A DNA stretch of 32,295 bases from an uncultured Candidatus Saccharibacteria bacterium (GTDB taxonomy: Bacteria; Patescibacteriota; Minisyncoccia; Phycocordibacterales; CAIRYW01). Each line of letters starts with the position of its first letter. The stretch's first letter is position 1. The position numbers and the translations under genes are program-made. The stretch is from the NCBI GenBank assembly GCA_964555825.1, contig CAZKTY010000002.1:1-32295 (forward strand), read 5' to 3'. Below the pieces are notes generated by a model. That model ran no database searches. It was not told where the DNA came from and saw nothing but the letters and a program-made list of their open reading frames with translations. Below, piece after piece: positions 8,685 through 17,895 of this stretch.

Positions 8685-8874
8685 GAACTTATCGCAAAAA
8701 ATAAACGCTAATTAAAAATACTAAAATTTCTCGCTTGAACATTCAAAGGACAAAATTTTGGTAAAAAATAAAGTTTCGTCAGTCAACATAATATAATTAT
8801 GTTTTCTTCCTCATCCTTCATTTTTTTCTCAAAATTTTATCCTTTGCAAAGTTCATTATTTTTGCGATCAGTTC
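8685..8874. repeat. Long imperfect nested inverted repeat filling the intergenic region
   Basis: 8685-8704 is complementary to 8856-8874 (one mismatch, one 1-nt indel). 8736-8773 is complementary to 8816-8855 (roughly 80 percent). The centre holds the hairpin AACATAAT-ATA-ATTATGTT (8785-8803). The left arm carries a ~31-nt insertion (8705-8735). Confidence 0.75.
8718..8746 (-). promoter_or_regulatory. Candidate sigma-70 promoter for the dsbA-like gene
   Basis: Minus strand reads TTGAAT (8746-8741), a 17-nt spacer, then TAGTAT (8723-8718). It lies about 60 nt upstream of the ATG at 8656. Confidence 0.3.
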
Positions 8875-9458
8875 TAAAAAAAGAGAGATCTATTTAGAAC
8901 TGCTTCTTTTTTGTTTCCCCAATCTTTGGTATCAATTATAGCATCCTTTATAATTTCGCCATCTTTATACTTAAGTTTCCCATTCTTTAAAGCGTATTCA
9001 TATACTTCTTTAGTGACTTTTACATCATCAATACAGTATTTTCTTATACTTTCTATATCTCCTTTTTTCCACCATTCAACAGCTTGAAGACCATGTCCGC
9101 TCTTACCATGACCGAGTGTCGCTTCGGCAATATTTCCTAGGCCAACTCTTCTTCCTATAGATTTTCTGACCTCCTCCAAGATATCAAGACTTTGGATATT
9201 ATTTAGATCCCCGTGGTAATACTTATTTAAAAGGGGAATATCAAAATGATTGCTATTGAATCCTATCAATATCTCTGTTTCTTCTAATATCTTCCATAGC
9301 TTCGGAAGTTCTTCAACTAGATAACTTGAATATTCATTTGTCTCATAATCATATATACAGACTATCGAAATATCTAAAAGTGCAGGGTCTGCTTTTCCAA
9401 CATCTTCAAAGATATTTCGTGTTTCTATGTCAAATACAATTTTTTTCATTATTTTCAA
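8874..9458 (-). CDS. DEDDy-type 3'-5' exonuclease / RNase H-like fold protein
   Basis: Exo I FDIET, Exo II NSNHFDIPLL, Exo III YCIDD. 194 aa. Confidence 0.7.
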   Translation of the reverse strand: MKIMKKIVFDIETRNIFEDVGKADPALLDISIVCIYDYETNEYSSYLVEELPKLWKILEETEILIGFNSNHFDIPLLNKYYHGDLNNIQSLDILEEVRKSIGRRVGLGNIAEATLGHGKSGHGLQAVEWWKKGDIESIRKYCIDDVKVTKEVYEYALKNGKLKYKDGEIIKDAIIDTKDWGNKKEAVLNRSLFF

Positions 9459-9509
9459 TAAGATAAATCTAAATTCTGATAATTGATGGTCTGTCTCTCT
9501 GTAATATAT

Positions 9510-10745
9510 TTAAATATTCTTCCAGACCATCTTTTTTATATCTCCTAAGGTTATTTCAGTCTCTTTTTTTGTTGAAAGTTGCTTTAATTTGTATCTTTTT
9601 GATCTTGCTTCTTCCTCTCCCACGATCAAGATATAAGAGATGCTTTCTTTATCAGCTTTTGAGATCCTATCTCCAATTTTCTTATCATTGTAATCAATAG
9701 CAATGTTTATATTATTTTTTCTGAATTCATCAGCGACTTTTTCTGCATCTCCATAAAGATCTGGAGACAAAGGTAGGATGGATATTTGTGTCGTCGATCT
9801 ATATTTTGGCAATAGATCATAAGTTTCTAATACATCTCTAATAGTTACATCTCCCATACCAAAACCAACGGCTGGTACTTTTTCTTCCCCGAAGATATCA
9901 AGAAGATTGTCATATCTTCCTCCTCCAAAGAGGGCTCGTGGGTTTGCTGGATCTTTATCATAGATCTCGAAGACAATATCGGTATAGTAATCAAAACCGC
10001 GAGCCAAAGAAGGATCAAAATTTATCTTTATATCTTTTTCGCTTAATCTTGTGATAAGTGTGTTGATCTTAGTATTTGCAAGTACCTCTAAAGAAAAATC
10101 TTTTCCTGTTAGATCCTTGTATTGTTTTTCAAAATCTTTGATCTTTTTCTTTTTATCGATAAGTCTGATAGCTTCAGTTATCTTGTCTTGAGGGATCCCT
10201 TGTTTTTCGAGGGTTTCTATCAATAATTTTCTGCTATTGATCTTTATTTCGAACTGTTCATCTTTGAGACCGAAGTTCTTCATTATCCTGTAAGCAAGAG
10301 AAATTATCTCTATTTCAGCTTCAATTCCTTCTAGACCAAAAATATCACAATTCAGTTGGAAGTGTTCGCGAAGTCTTCCTCTTTGAGGTCTCTCATATCT
10401 AAATAGATTAGGAATGGAATACCATCTTATTGGAAATTTTATCTCTCGTCTTTTTCCTGCGACCATTCTTGCTACAGTAGGAGTCATTTCTGGACGAATT
10501 GTTACGTCTCTGTCGCCTCTATCTTTAAAAGAATAGGTTTGATCATTCACGATCTCATCGCCTGATTTTGCTCTATAAAGTTCGGTTGGTTCGAGAATTG
10601 ATGCTCCGTACTCAATGTATCCAAAGCTTTCAGCCGTCTTTTTCCATGTACTGAAAATATAATTTTCGACAGACATATCCTCCGGATAAAAATCGCGGAC
10701 GCCTTTGTAGCTTTCTGTAGATAGTTTTTGCTTTTTTTCTGGCAT
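9510..10745 (-). CDS. hisS: Histidine--tRNA ligase
   Basis: Class II aaRS with HisRS signatures FRYERPQRGRLREHFQ and GGGRYDNL. C-terminal anticodon-binding domain. 411 aa. Confidence 0.93.
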   Translation of the reverse strand: MPEKKQKLSTESYKGVRDFYPEDMSVENYIFSTWKKTAESFGYIEYGASILEPTELYRAKSGDEIVNDQTYSFKDRGDRDVTIRPEMTPTVARMVAGKRREIKFPIRWYSIPNLFRYERPQRGRLREHFQLNCDIFGLEGIEAEIEIISLAYRIMKNFGLKDEQFEIKINSRKLLIETLEKQGIPQDKITEAIRLIDKKKKIKDFEKQYKDLTGKDFSLEVLANTKINTLITRLSEKDIKINFDPSLARGFDYYTDIVFEIYDKDPANPRALFGGGRYDNLLDIFGEEKVPAVGFGMGDVTIRDVLETYDLLPKYRSTTQISILPLSPDLYGDAEKVADEFRKNNINIAIDYNDKKIGDRISKADKESISYILIVGEEEARSKRYKLKQLSTKKETEITLGDIKKMVWKNI

Positions 10746-10796
10746 TATGATGATATTCTACTGCGAGTCGGCAACTTTTCAAAACGGCCCCTAAAT

Positions 10797-11537
10797 ATGC
10801 CTAAAATGCGATCTAAAATATTACTTTATAAATCCCTTGGAGAGACACCTTTAGAGTGTTTAAAACGCTTTAAAATGGAAAATCCAGCCTATAAAGATCT
10901 ACCAATGACCTATGCAGGAAGGTTAGATCCTATGGCTGAAGGTCTTCTTTTGGTCCTTGTGGGAGAAGAATGTAAAAAGAAAGAGGATTATCTATATCTA
11001 TCAAAAGAATATGAAGTCGAAGTACTTTTTGGCTTTGAAACGGATACCTCTGATATTCTAGGAAAGGTCACAAAAACAGTAAATTATCCTGAAAGTTTGA
11101 CCCCAGAAAAAATATTAGAAGCTCTTGAGAAAGTAAAAATTCTACCCCAAAGATATCCAGCTTATTCTTCTAAGACATTTGAAGGAAAACCTCTTTGGAA
11201 GTGGGCAAGAGAGGGAAATATAAAAGAGGTTGGATCAAATGCGAAGATCACTGGTATAGAATTTCTTGGACAAAGAGAAATATATGGAGGTGATCTTTTG
11301 GAAAGTATTGAAGAAAGAGTTTTAAAGGTCAATGGTGATTTTCGTCAGAAAGATATATTAGATCTATGGAAAGAACAGATAGATCTAACAGATAATTACA
11401 AGATATTGAGATTCAGAATCTATTCTACTGGAGGGGCTTATATGAGAGTTGTTGCTAAATATCTAGGTGATGCATTAGATATTCCTTCTTTAGCTTTTTC
11501 TATAAAAAGGGAAAAGATCGGTGATTATAAATATTAG
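10797..11537 (+). CDS. truB: TruB-family tRNA pseudouridine synthase (start moved to ATG 10797)
   Basis: Catalytic-Asp motif GRLDPMAEGLLLVLVG. The listed ORF start 10728 would overlap the divergent hisS start, and ATG 10797 gives the normal N-terminus. Confidence 0.72.
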   Translation: MPKMRSKILLYKSLGETPLECLKRFKMENPAYKDLPMTYAGRLDPMAEGLLLVLVGEECKKKEDYLYLSKEYEVEVLFGFETDTSDILGKVTKTVNYPESLTPEKILEALEKVKILPQRYPAYSSKTFEGKPLWKWAREGNIKEVGSNAKITGIEFLGQREIYGGDLLESIEERVLKVNGDFRQKDILDLWKEQIDLTDNYKILRFRIYSTGGAYMRVVAKYLGDALDIPSLAFSIKREKIGDYKY

Positions 11538-11560
11538 TTAGATAGTATCGCTATAAAAAT

Positions 11561-11592
11561 AAAAAACCCGCAAAATTCATTTGCGGGTTTTT
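11561..11592. terminator. Bidirectional intrinsic terminator
   Basis: AAAAAA-CCCGCAAA-ATTCA-TTTGCGGG-TTTTT: an 8-bp stem between the convergent truB and typA. Confidence 0.85.
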
Positions 11593-11617
11593 AGGATCTT
11601 TATTATTTTTTGAATTT

Positions 11618-13414
11618 TTATTCTAGGCCTCTAGCTTTTCTCATCGCCTTATCACGATCTGTTTTTGTAAGGTACCTCTTTCTTAGTCTGACTGATTTTG
11701 GAGTTATTTCTAGCAGCTCATCCTCATGCATTATTTCAAGTCCTTTTTCGATATCAACTTCCTGATGAGGTGTTAGGTAAGTTGTTCCGTCAGACCCAGA
11801 TGCACGCATGTTCGTAAGTTGTTTTCCTTTTGTTGGATTAACATCGATGTCTTCTCCTTTTGAGGTATCTCCTATAACTTGTCCTATATATATCTCTGTT
11901 CCTGCTCCAATGTAGAGAACTCCTCTCTGTTGTAGGTTATCTAGAGCAAAAGCTAGAGCTTTTCCTGCTTCCATGGATACCATTGAACCTGATTCTCTTC
12001 TTTCAATAACTCCAACATATTCCTGGAAACCAATAAAACGAGAACAAATGATTCCTTCTCCTCTTGTATCAATAACAAATTGGTTCTTGTAACCTAAAAG
12101 TCCACGGGTAGGTATCTCAAATATTATCCTTACCTGAGAACCTTCTTGCTTCATGTTGTGCATGATACCCTTTCTTTTTCCGAGTTTTTCAATCACACTT
12201 CCACTGTATTCTTCGGGAGTATCAATTGTGACCTCTTCATAAGGTTCAAGTTTTTTGCCATTCTCTTCTTTTATAATTACGTGTGGCTGGGAAACAGAAA
12301 GTTCAAAACCTTCTCTTCTCATATTCTCAAGAAGAATAGCAATGTGAAGTTCTCCTCTTCCATATACACGAAATTTATCTGATTGTGTGAAATCAACTTT
12401 AAGACCAATGTTCACTTCAAGTTCTTTTTCCAATCTATCTCTGATCTGACGAGTTGTCACAAATTTTCCTTCTTTTCCTGCGAAAGGGGAGTCATTAACA
12501 AAAAAATCAAGGGAAATAGTTGGTTCATCTACGTTGATAGCAGGGAGGGCTTCTTGGTTGGCATCATGGCAGATCGTATCTCCAATATAAATATCAGGAA
12601 TTCCGGCGACCATAACAATGTCTCCTGAGTGCGCCTGTTTTACATCTTTTTTTACAATACCTTCGAATGTATAAAGTTTTGTGATCCTGTAACTCTTTGT
12701 TTCGCCTGATACTTTTTTTACGATAACATTCTCACCATCGGTGATAGTTCCTTCGTATATTCTGCATACAGCCATACGTCCAAGAAAGTTATCATATGCA
12801 AGGTTAAAAGGCTGTGCTTTTAGTGGAATATCATCTTTTGTATTTGCAGGCTGAACGTGTTCAAGAACTGTATCTAGAATAGGATTTAGATTATCACTTT
12901 CATCTGTTAAGTTCTTCTTCGCAATTCCTTGGCGACCGATCGCATAGACTATTGGAAAATTCAATTGCTCATCATTTGCACCAAGATCAATAAAGAGTTC
13001 AAGTATCTCATCGTGTACTCTTTTTGGATCAGAAGCTGGTTTGTCTATCTTGTTGATTATTACGATCGGTTTAAGACCAAGTTCTAGAGATTTCTTCAAT
13101 ACAAAACGTGTCTGTGGCATTGGTCCTTCTTGAGCATCAACGACAAGTAACACAGAGTCAATAGAACGAAGTACTCGTTCAACCTCACTACCGAAATCGG
13201 CGTGACCTGGCGTGTCTACTATATTGATTTTTGTATCTTTATAAAAAATAGATGTATTTTTTGCATAGATAGTAATACCGCGCTCTTTTTCTAGGGCGTT
13301 GGAGTCCATTGATACATCTGTTGAGACCATCCCTGTTTGTTTCATCAAAGCGTCGGTCAGGGTAGTCTTTCCGTGGTCAACGTGTGCGATTATTGCGATA
13401 TTTCTTATTTCCAT
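11618..13414 (-). CDS. typA: Translational GTPase TypA/BipA
   Basis: G motifs AHVDHGKTT, DTPGHADF, NKID. EF-G-like domains and a BipA-specific C-terminal domain. 598 aa. Confidence 0.95.
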   Translation of the reverse strand: MEIRNIAIIAHVDHGKTTLTDALMKQTGMVSTDVSMDSNALEKERGITIYAKNTSIFYKDTKINIVDTPGHADFGSEVERVLRSIDSVLLVVDAQEGPMPQTRFVLKKSLELGLKPIVIINKIDKPASDPKRVHDEILELFIDLGANDEQLNFPIVYAIGRQGIAKKNLTDESDNLNPILDTVLEHVQPANTKDDIPLKAQPFNLAYDNFLGRMAVCRIYEGTITDGENVIVKKVSGETKSYRITKLYTFEGIVKKDVKQAHSGDIVMVAGIPDIYIGDTICHDANQEALPAINVDEPTISLDFFVNDSPFAGKEGKFVTTRQIRDRLEKELEVNIGLKVDFTQSDKFRVYGRGELHIAILLENMRREGFELSVSQPHVIIKEENGKKLEPYEEVTIDTPEEYSGSVIEKLGKRKGIMHNMKQEGSQVRIIFEIPTRGLLGYKNQFVIDTRGEGIICSRFIGFQEYVGVIERRESGSMVSMEAGKALAFALDNLQQRGVLYIGAGTEIYIGQVIGDTSKGEDIDVNPTKGKQLTNMRASGSDGTTYLTPHQEVDIEKGLEIMHEDELLEITPKSVRLRKRYLTKTDRDKAMRKARGLE

Positions 13415-13439
13415 TGGTTTTTCGGATTAATTTATATAC

Positions 13440-13460
13440 AAAAAAGCGGCTGAAGCCGCT
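13440..13460 (-). terminator. Intrinsic terminator downstream of dedA
   Basis: Minus strand reads AGCGGC-TTCA-GCCGCT followed by a T-run (complement of the A-run at 13440-13445). Confidence 0.7.
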
Positions 13461-13502
13461 CTGCTATTAAACCATTTTTAAGACGTTATAGCAAGTCTTA
13501 AT

Positions 13503-14105
13503 TTAGATGGTTGTTTTTCTATTGCTTCTAATGAATTCAACGAGGCTTGGAATGATAGAAATAACTATAATTATGACGATAACAGGCAAAATATATCTAT
13601 CTGGATTCGGAATAATTCTTCCGAAGAAATATCCAAGACCAGCCATAAGAGTGACCCATCCTGCACCTCCAACAATATTGTAAGTGATAAATGTCTTATA
13701 GGGCATCTGTCCTGCACCAGCAAGTATTGGAGTAAATGTTCGGACGGCAGGCATAAATCTTGCTAGGATGATCGCTTTTTTGCCGTGTTTTCCGAAGAAA
13801 GATTTTGATCGTTCAAGATTTTTTATACTAAAGAATATCGAATGTTCTCTTGTGAATATTCTAGGTCCGATCTTTTTCCCAAATGCATAACCAAAAGTAT
13901 CTCCAAGTACCGCTGCAATGATGGCTAAAGAAATAAGCACAAAAATATTCAAATAATTTTCTGAGGCTAGAAGTCCTGCTGTGAATAGAAGGGAATCTCC
14001 GGGTAAGAAAAAACCCAAAAATAGTCCAGACTCAGCAAAGACTATTCCGAGTACTCCTATCAATCCTAAAGTATCAATCAAAAAAATTGGATCAAGATAT
14101 TGCAT
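13503..14105 (-). CDS. DedA-family (VTT domain) membrane protein
   Basis: Typical DedA layout and motifs (FAESGLFLGFFLPGDSLL; ARFMPAVRTFTPILAG). 200 aa. Confidence 0.85.
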   Translation of the reverse strand: MQYLDPIFLIDTLGLIGVLGIVFAESGLFLGFFLPGDSLLFTAGLLASENYLNIFVLISLAIIAAVLGDTFGYAFGKKIGPRIFTREHSIFFSIKNLERSKSFFGKHGKKAIILARFMPAVRTFTPILAGAGQMPYKTFITYNIVGGAGWVTLMAGLGYFFGRIIPNPDRYILPVIVIIIVISIIPSLVEFIRSNRKTTI

Positions 14106-14150
14106 TTTCTGTCGGTTATTTGAATAAGAACGCTTTCAAGTCTAACATTT

Positions 14151-14606
14151 CTATTTATCCGTTAGTATATTGCTTATTGGTTGTTTTTCTGGTTTAAGGA
14201 TGCTTGAGTGATATTTTTCCGGTTCTTTTGAAGAAATTTTCTTAATTGAAAATTTGAAACCAAATTCTTTTTTTATTTTTTTTAGGGCCTTTTGAAGTTC
14301 TGTTTGGTCGTATCCGATAGCAATGATATCAGGAACTATTTTTTTTATGACAGACCAGTTATTAAGTTTTGTATCACCTTTGATTATTCTATTTGAAATT
14401 CCAAGTGCTTTTATTTCTTTTATCCTTTCTTTTGTATTTTTCGAAGGTCTCTTTATTTTTCTTGCGACAACACTTTCGTCACTAGCCACAGAGATGACGA
14501 GGTCTCCAAGTTTTTTGGCTTCTTTCAGAAAATGAAGATGTCCTGGATGAATGATGTCAAAGGTTCCAAAAGCAAGAATAGTTTTTTGTTTCTTAGAAGT
14601 TTTCAT
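14151..14606 (-). CDS. Cytidylyltransferase-like nucleotidyltransferase (RibL/TagD-like)
   Basis: N-terminal Rossmann segment with an HxGH motif (FGTFDIIHPGHLHFL). 151 aa. Substrate not assignable from sequence. Confidence 0.65.
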   Translation of the reverse strand: MKTSKKQKTILAFGTFDIIHPGHLHFLKEAKKLGDLVISVASDESVVARKIKRPSKNTKERIKEIKALGISNRIIKGDTKLNNWSVIKKIVPDIIAIGYDQTELQKALKKIKKEFGFKFSIKKISSKEPEKYHSSILKPEKQPISNILTDK

Positions 14607-14610
14607 TTTT

Positions 14611-15369
14611 TTAGATATTGATGATGTCGATATCTTTTTGGATCGGAGTTGTAACGACTATCTTTTTTTGATCAGAAATATAGAAATCTATTTCAGTTCG
14701 CATTCCAATATCCTTAAAATACATTCCTGGTTCAATTGTATAGCCAACATTTTTTATGATAGGGGAGTATTCTCTCCAATTTATTCCTGGGATATCTCCG
14801 TGAGGATGTTTTAATCCCAAAGAATGACCAATTGTATGCCTTATGCTGTTTCCAAAAGAAGCGTCGCCAATTATGTCATGCGAGACTCTGTCTATATCTA
14901 ATCCTCTCGGCATTTTGCCTTTTCTGATCTCTTTTTTTATATAAGAAACAGCGGTGTCTCTTGCCTTTGATAGAATTGACCACTTCTGTTTTATCTCATT
15001 TGGGATTTTTTTTCCGACAAAGAACATCCATGTCATATCGGCGTAAGGAGAATTGTTTTTATCAAGGCGTGCCCAGATATCTAAAAGAATAAGAGAGCCA
15101 GACTGGATCTTTTTGCCTTTGCCTTTTGCAAAATAATGTACTTGAGAGGTATTTTCTCTAAATGCTGCAATACATTGTTCTTTTTTTTCATCATTGATCA
15201 GTCCGTGTTTTTTGTAGGATCTTATTACGAGGTCGACGACGTCTTTTTCGTAGACATCTTTGTTTGATCCTATATATCTAGCGACTTCGTCTTTTATCAG
15301 ACCAAGTTCTTTTGCTGCTAGAGTGTGGTCTTTGATCTGGATATTATTCCAAGAAAGTGAATTTGCCAT
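14611..15369 (-). CDS. M24-family metallopeptidase (catalytic pita-bread domain only)
   Basis: Metal-ligand context HTIGHSLG, GYTIEPGMY, GMRTEIDF. The start overlaps the upstream gene by 26 nt. Confidence 0.7.
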   Translation of the reverse strand: MANSLSWNNIQIKDHTLAAKELGLIKDEVARYIGSNKDVYEKDVVDLVIRSYKKHGLINDEKKEQCIAAFRENTSQVHYFAKGKGKKIQSGSLILLDIWARLDKNNSPYADMTWMFFVGKKIPNEIKQKWSILSKARDTAVSYIKKEIRKGKMPRGLDIDRVSHDIIGDASFGNSIRHTIGHSLGLKHPHGDIPGINWREYSPIIKNVGYTIEPGMYFKDIGMRTEIDFYISDQKKIVVTTPIQKDIDIINI

Positions 15370-16582
15370 CCTTGTAGATTATCATTTCTTTTCCGTCCTC
15401 TAAGTAAGCTGTAACTGTTCTAGGAGTTGTTGAGACTATGTCAGTGTGAACTGATGAGGAATTAAATCCTAATTCTTCCCAGTCTTCAGGAGTAAGAGTT
15501 GATGGATCATCGGCAAGACAATCGTGGTAAGCATTTCCAAGGGCTATGTGGGTGTTTCCGTTTGGTCCTCCAACATTCTCGTCAAATAATGTCTCTGCCA
15601 TGAATTTAGTGATACGAGAAAATCTTTTATCTGTCAGAGAAAATTCTCCAGCTTTATCGGCATTTTTTGTTGCGATCATCTCTTTAAGTATCTTCTCATT
15701 TTTCTTTGCTTTGGCCTTTACTACCTTTCCATCTTTGAACCAAAGTTCTATTCCTGTGATCAGGTTTCCATAACGATAAAGTGGTTCCGAAAATCTTATC
15801 CAACCATTTGTGCCTGGCCAATATGGAGAAGTAAAGATCTCAAAAGAGGGAATATTCCTTCCGCTTCCTCCCATCCATTTTCTTCTTTTACCCATATGGA
15901 TCCAGAGATCTGCATCAGGTCCTGTGACATGCATCTTTTCGATCTTCAAGGAGTTCAATTTTTTTTGAGCTTTTTCTGTCATAGCAAAGACTTTCTTCCA
16001 TTCCTTGATCGGATCCTTTTTATCTAAGAAACAAGCTTTTATTATTTCATCCCAATATTTTTTTAGTGGCATTCTGGCTTCTTTTGCCATTGCAGGAGTT
16101 CCATAAAGACCGAGTGTCCAAGTAAATTTTCCTTGACCTTCTTTTGCATTCCTCCAATCCATATAAGGTTTGAAAGCTTCTCCTCTCATCATGATCTTTT
16201 TTGGATCGATACCTTTAAGTATATGTTTGTTCGTATCAGACAATATATATATAGAATGGTCTGACTCTTCGACTAATCCCTTTAGATATTTACTTGGAAA
16301 ATATTTCAGCTGCTCCTCACTTCCAAGCTCATAGAACAGCCTGCTGACGTTTGCGTTTGATTTATCATATGTTTCTTTATCATCAGGAATATAGTTTTGG
16401 AGGACATTCCCTCCAGCCTTAATGATCGCTTTGTAAAGTTCAATATACAAAGGTTTGGCATATTCATTAACTGTTAGATAAACAGTTTCTCCTTTTTGTA
16501 CTCCTTTTCCGCTTCCTAATGCAAAATTTACCAATACATCAGCGTATCTTTCTAATATCTTTTTTGGTGGGTGATAACTCAT
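15344..16582 (-). CDS. M29-family aminopeptidase (AmpS/PepS-like)
   Basis: Length (412 aa) and N-terminal ERYADVLVNFAL...GE.V block are typical of thermophilic-metalloprotease M29 enzymes. GNTHIALGNAY motif near the C-terminus. Confidence 0.8.
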   Translation of the reverse strand: MSYHPPKKILERYADVLVNFALGSGKGVQKGETVYLTVNEYAKPLYIELYKAIIKAGGNVLQNYIPDDKETYDKSNANVSRLFYELGSEEQLKYFPSKYLKGLVEESDHSIYILSDTNKHILKGIDPKKIMMRGEAFKPYMDWRNAKEGQGKFTWTLGLYGTPAMAKEARMPLKKYWDEIIKACFLDKKDPIKEWKKVFAMTEKAQKKLNSLKIEKMHVTGPDADLWIHMGKRRKWMGGSGRNIPSFEIFTSPYWPGTNGWIRFSEPLYRYGNLITGIELWFKDGKVVKAKAKKNEKILKEMIATKNADKAGEFSLTDKRFSRITKFMAETLFDENVGGPNGNTHIALGNAYHDCLADDPSTLTPEDWEELGFNSSSVHTDIVSTTPRTVTAYLEDGKEMIIYKDGKFTFLE

Positions 16583-16584
16583 TT

Positions 16585-17847
16585 TTATTTTCTGATCTTT
16601 ATTTTCTTATAAACTCGGGGGAGTACATCGAATGCAAGGAGAGCTGTAGAAACAAAAAATATTCCAAAGCAAAATCCTCCAACAACATCACTTGCCCAAT
16701 GGACTCCGAAATAAACTCTTGAAAATCCGACTAAAAGAATCATAGCGCTGGAAAATGTGCAAAGCAATATGAATTGCCATGTCTTTAGATAATTTTTCAA
16801 TTCATAGCAAATAAGACCAAAAAAAACTGTAGCAAGTACTGCGTGTCCGCTTGGAAAACTTGAGCTAGATTCTCTGAATAAAAAATGAAGAATAGGTCTT
16901 GGTCTTAAGAATTCTGCTTTAAGGAATACAACGAGTATGCCACTTGATGCTATTGATATTAGGAAGAAAAACATGTCTTTAAATCTCTTGAAATATAAAA
17001 GTATTACAGCTGGTATCAGGCAGATGAGAGTAAATGTCCAAGGTCCAATTATTCCTAGCCACCAAAGATACGATATTAAAATAGGATTTCTCCAAGACAC
17101 GACAAGAGTTCCTATTTGTTGGTCTATTATGGATAATGCACCGTTTCCGGTTATATTTTGTGCGATCGCCGCAAATGCATAAAGGGATATTATAGATGTG
17201 ATAAAAAGAGCAATCTGTTTTTTGGAAAATTTTCCACCACGAAGGCGTGCTTTTTCTGCCATATAGACAATGAGAAGTGCGATGATCGTTGCGATGGCAA
17301 CGAATTTTCCAATGGCAGGAATTATTACTGTAAAACCTTCTCCAATGATGTATCCCAAAAGTCCAAAACAAAGAGACCATGAAATTCCGGCAATAAAAGC
17401 ATAAAAAAAGAATTTTGGTTTTGATACATTAGAAAGTCCTGCAAAAAAAGGGGAGAATGATCTCGTGAATGAATTAAATCTACCTAAAAAGACCGCTTTG
17501 CCTGCATGCTTCTCAGTAAATTTTTTGGTCTTGTCTATCTTTTCCTCAGAGATGAACCGAGACATTTTTTTTAGTATAAATGAAGAGTATCTTCTTCCTA
17601 AAAGATAACCAACAGCATCTCCTAAGAATGATCCAATAGCAGCAAGAACTATTAATTCCCAAAGGGGGTATGCTCCAAGTCTTGAAAAGATCGCAGCTAT
17701 TATGAGAAGGGTCTGTCCTGGAATTATAAAACCGATCATAGGGATAGACTCTACTGCACTTGAAATGAATGCGATCAGAAGTCCAAACTCCTCAAATATG
17801 TATTTATTATTGTATAGAAATTCTATTATCGCGTTTTCTGTTTGCAT
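16585..17847 (-). CDS. Fusion protein: N-terminal DedA domain plus C-terminal PAP2 (type 2 phosphatidic acid / undecaprenyl-diphosphate phosphatase) domain
   Basis: DedA part: ESIPMIGFIIPGQTLL, FLGRFNSFTRSFSPFFAG. PAP2 part has all three motifs: KAEFLRPRP (KX6RP), PSGH, SRVYFGVHWASDVVGG (SRX5HX3D). Confidence 0.82.
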   Translation of the reverse strand: MQTENAIIEFLYNNKYIFEEFGLLIAFISSAVESIPMIGFIIPGQTLLIIAAIFSRLGAYPLWELIVLAAIGSFLGDAVGYLLGRRYSSFILKKMSRFISEEKIDKTKKFTEKHAGKAVFLGRFNSFTRSFSPFFAGLSNVSKPKFFFYAFIAGISWSLCFGLLGYIIGEGFTVIIPAIGKFVAIATIIALLIVYMAEKARLRGGKFSKKQIALFITSIISLYAFAAIAQNITGNGALSIIDQQIGTLVVSWRNPILISYLWWLGIIGPWTFTLICLIPAVILLYFKRFKDMFFFLISIASSGILVVFLKAEFLRPRPILHFLFRESSSSFPSGHAVLATVFFGLICYELKNYLKTWQFILLCTFSSAMILLVGFSRVYFGVHWASDVVGGFCFGIFFVSTALLAFDVLPRVYKKIKIRK

Positions 17848-17895
17848 TGTTCTTACATTTTATGTCAAAAAACATGTTTATGCTACAATTTTCAT

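Noticed and set aside
10728-10796. Upstream extension of the truB-like ORF that overlaps the divergent hisS start
   Set aside because: The extension (MLFFWHYDDILLRVGNFSKRPLN) is not TruB-like and would overlap hisS. ATG 10797 gives a normal N-terminus.
15344-15369. Identical 26-nt gene overlaps at 15344-15369 (M29/M24) and 25208-25233 (permease/ATPase)
   Set aside because: Probably coincidence or start-codon choice. An alternative TTG start at 25226 reduces the second overlap to 8 nt. There is no slippery-site or frameshift signal.
17842-17895. TTG-initiated N-terminal extension of uppP
   Set aside because: The Cys-rich extension overlaps the start of the divergent DedA-PAP2 gene. The canonical UppP N-terminus begins at ATG 17896.
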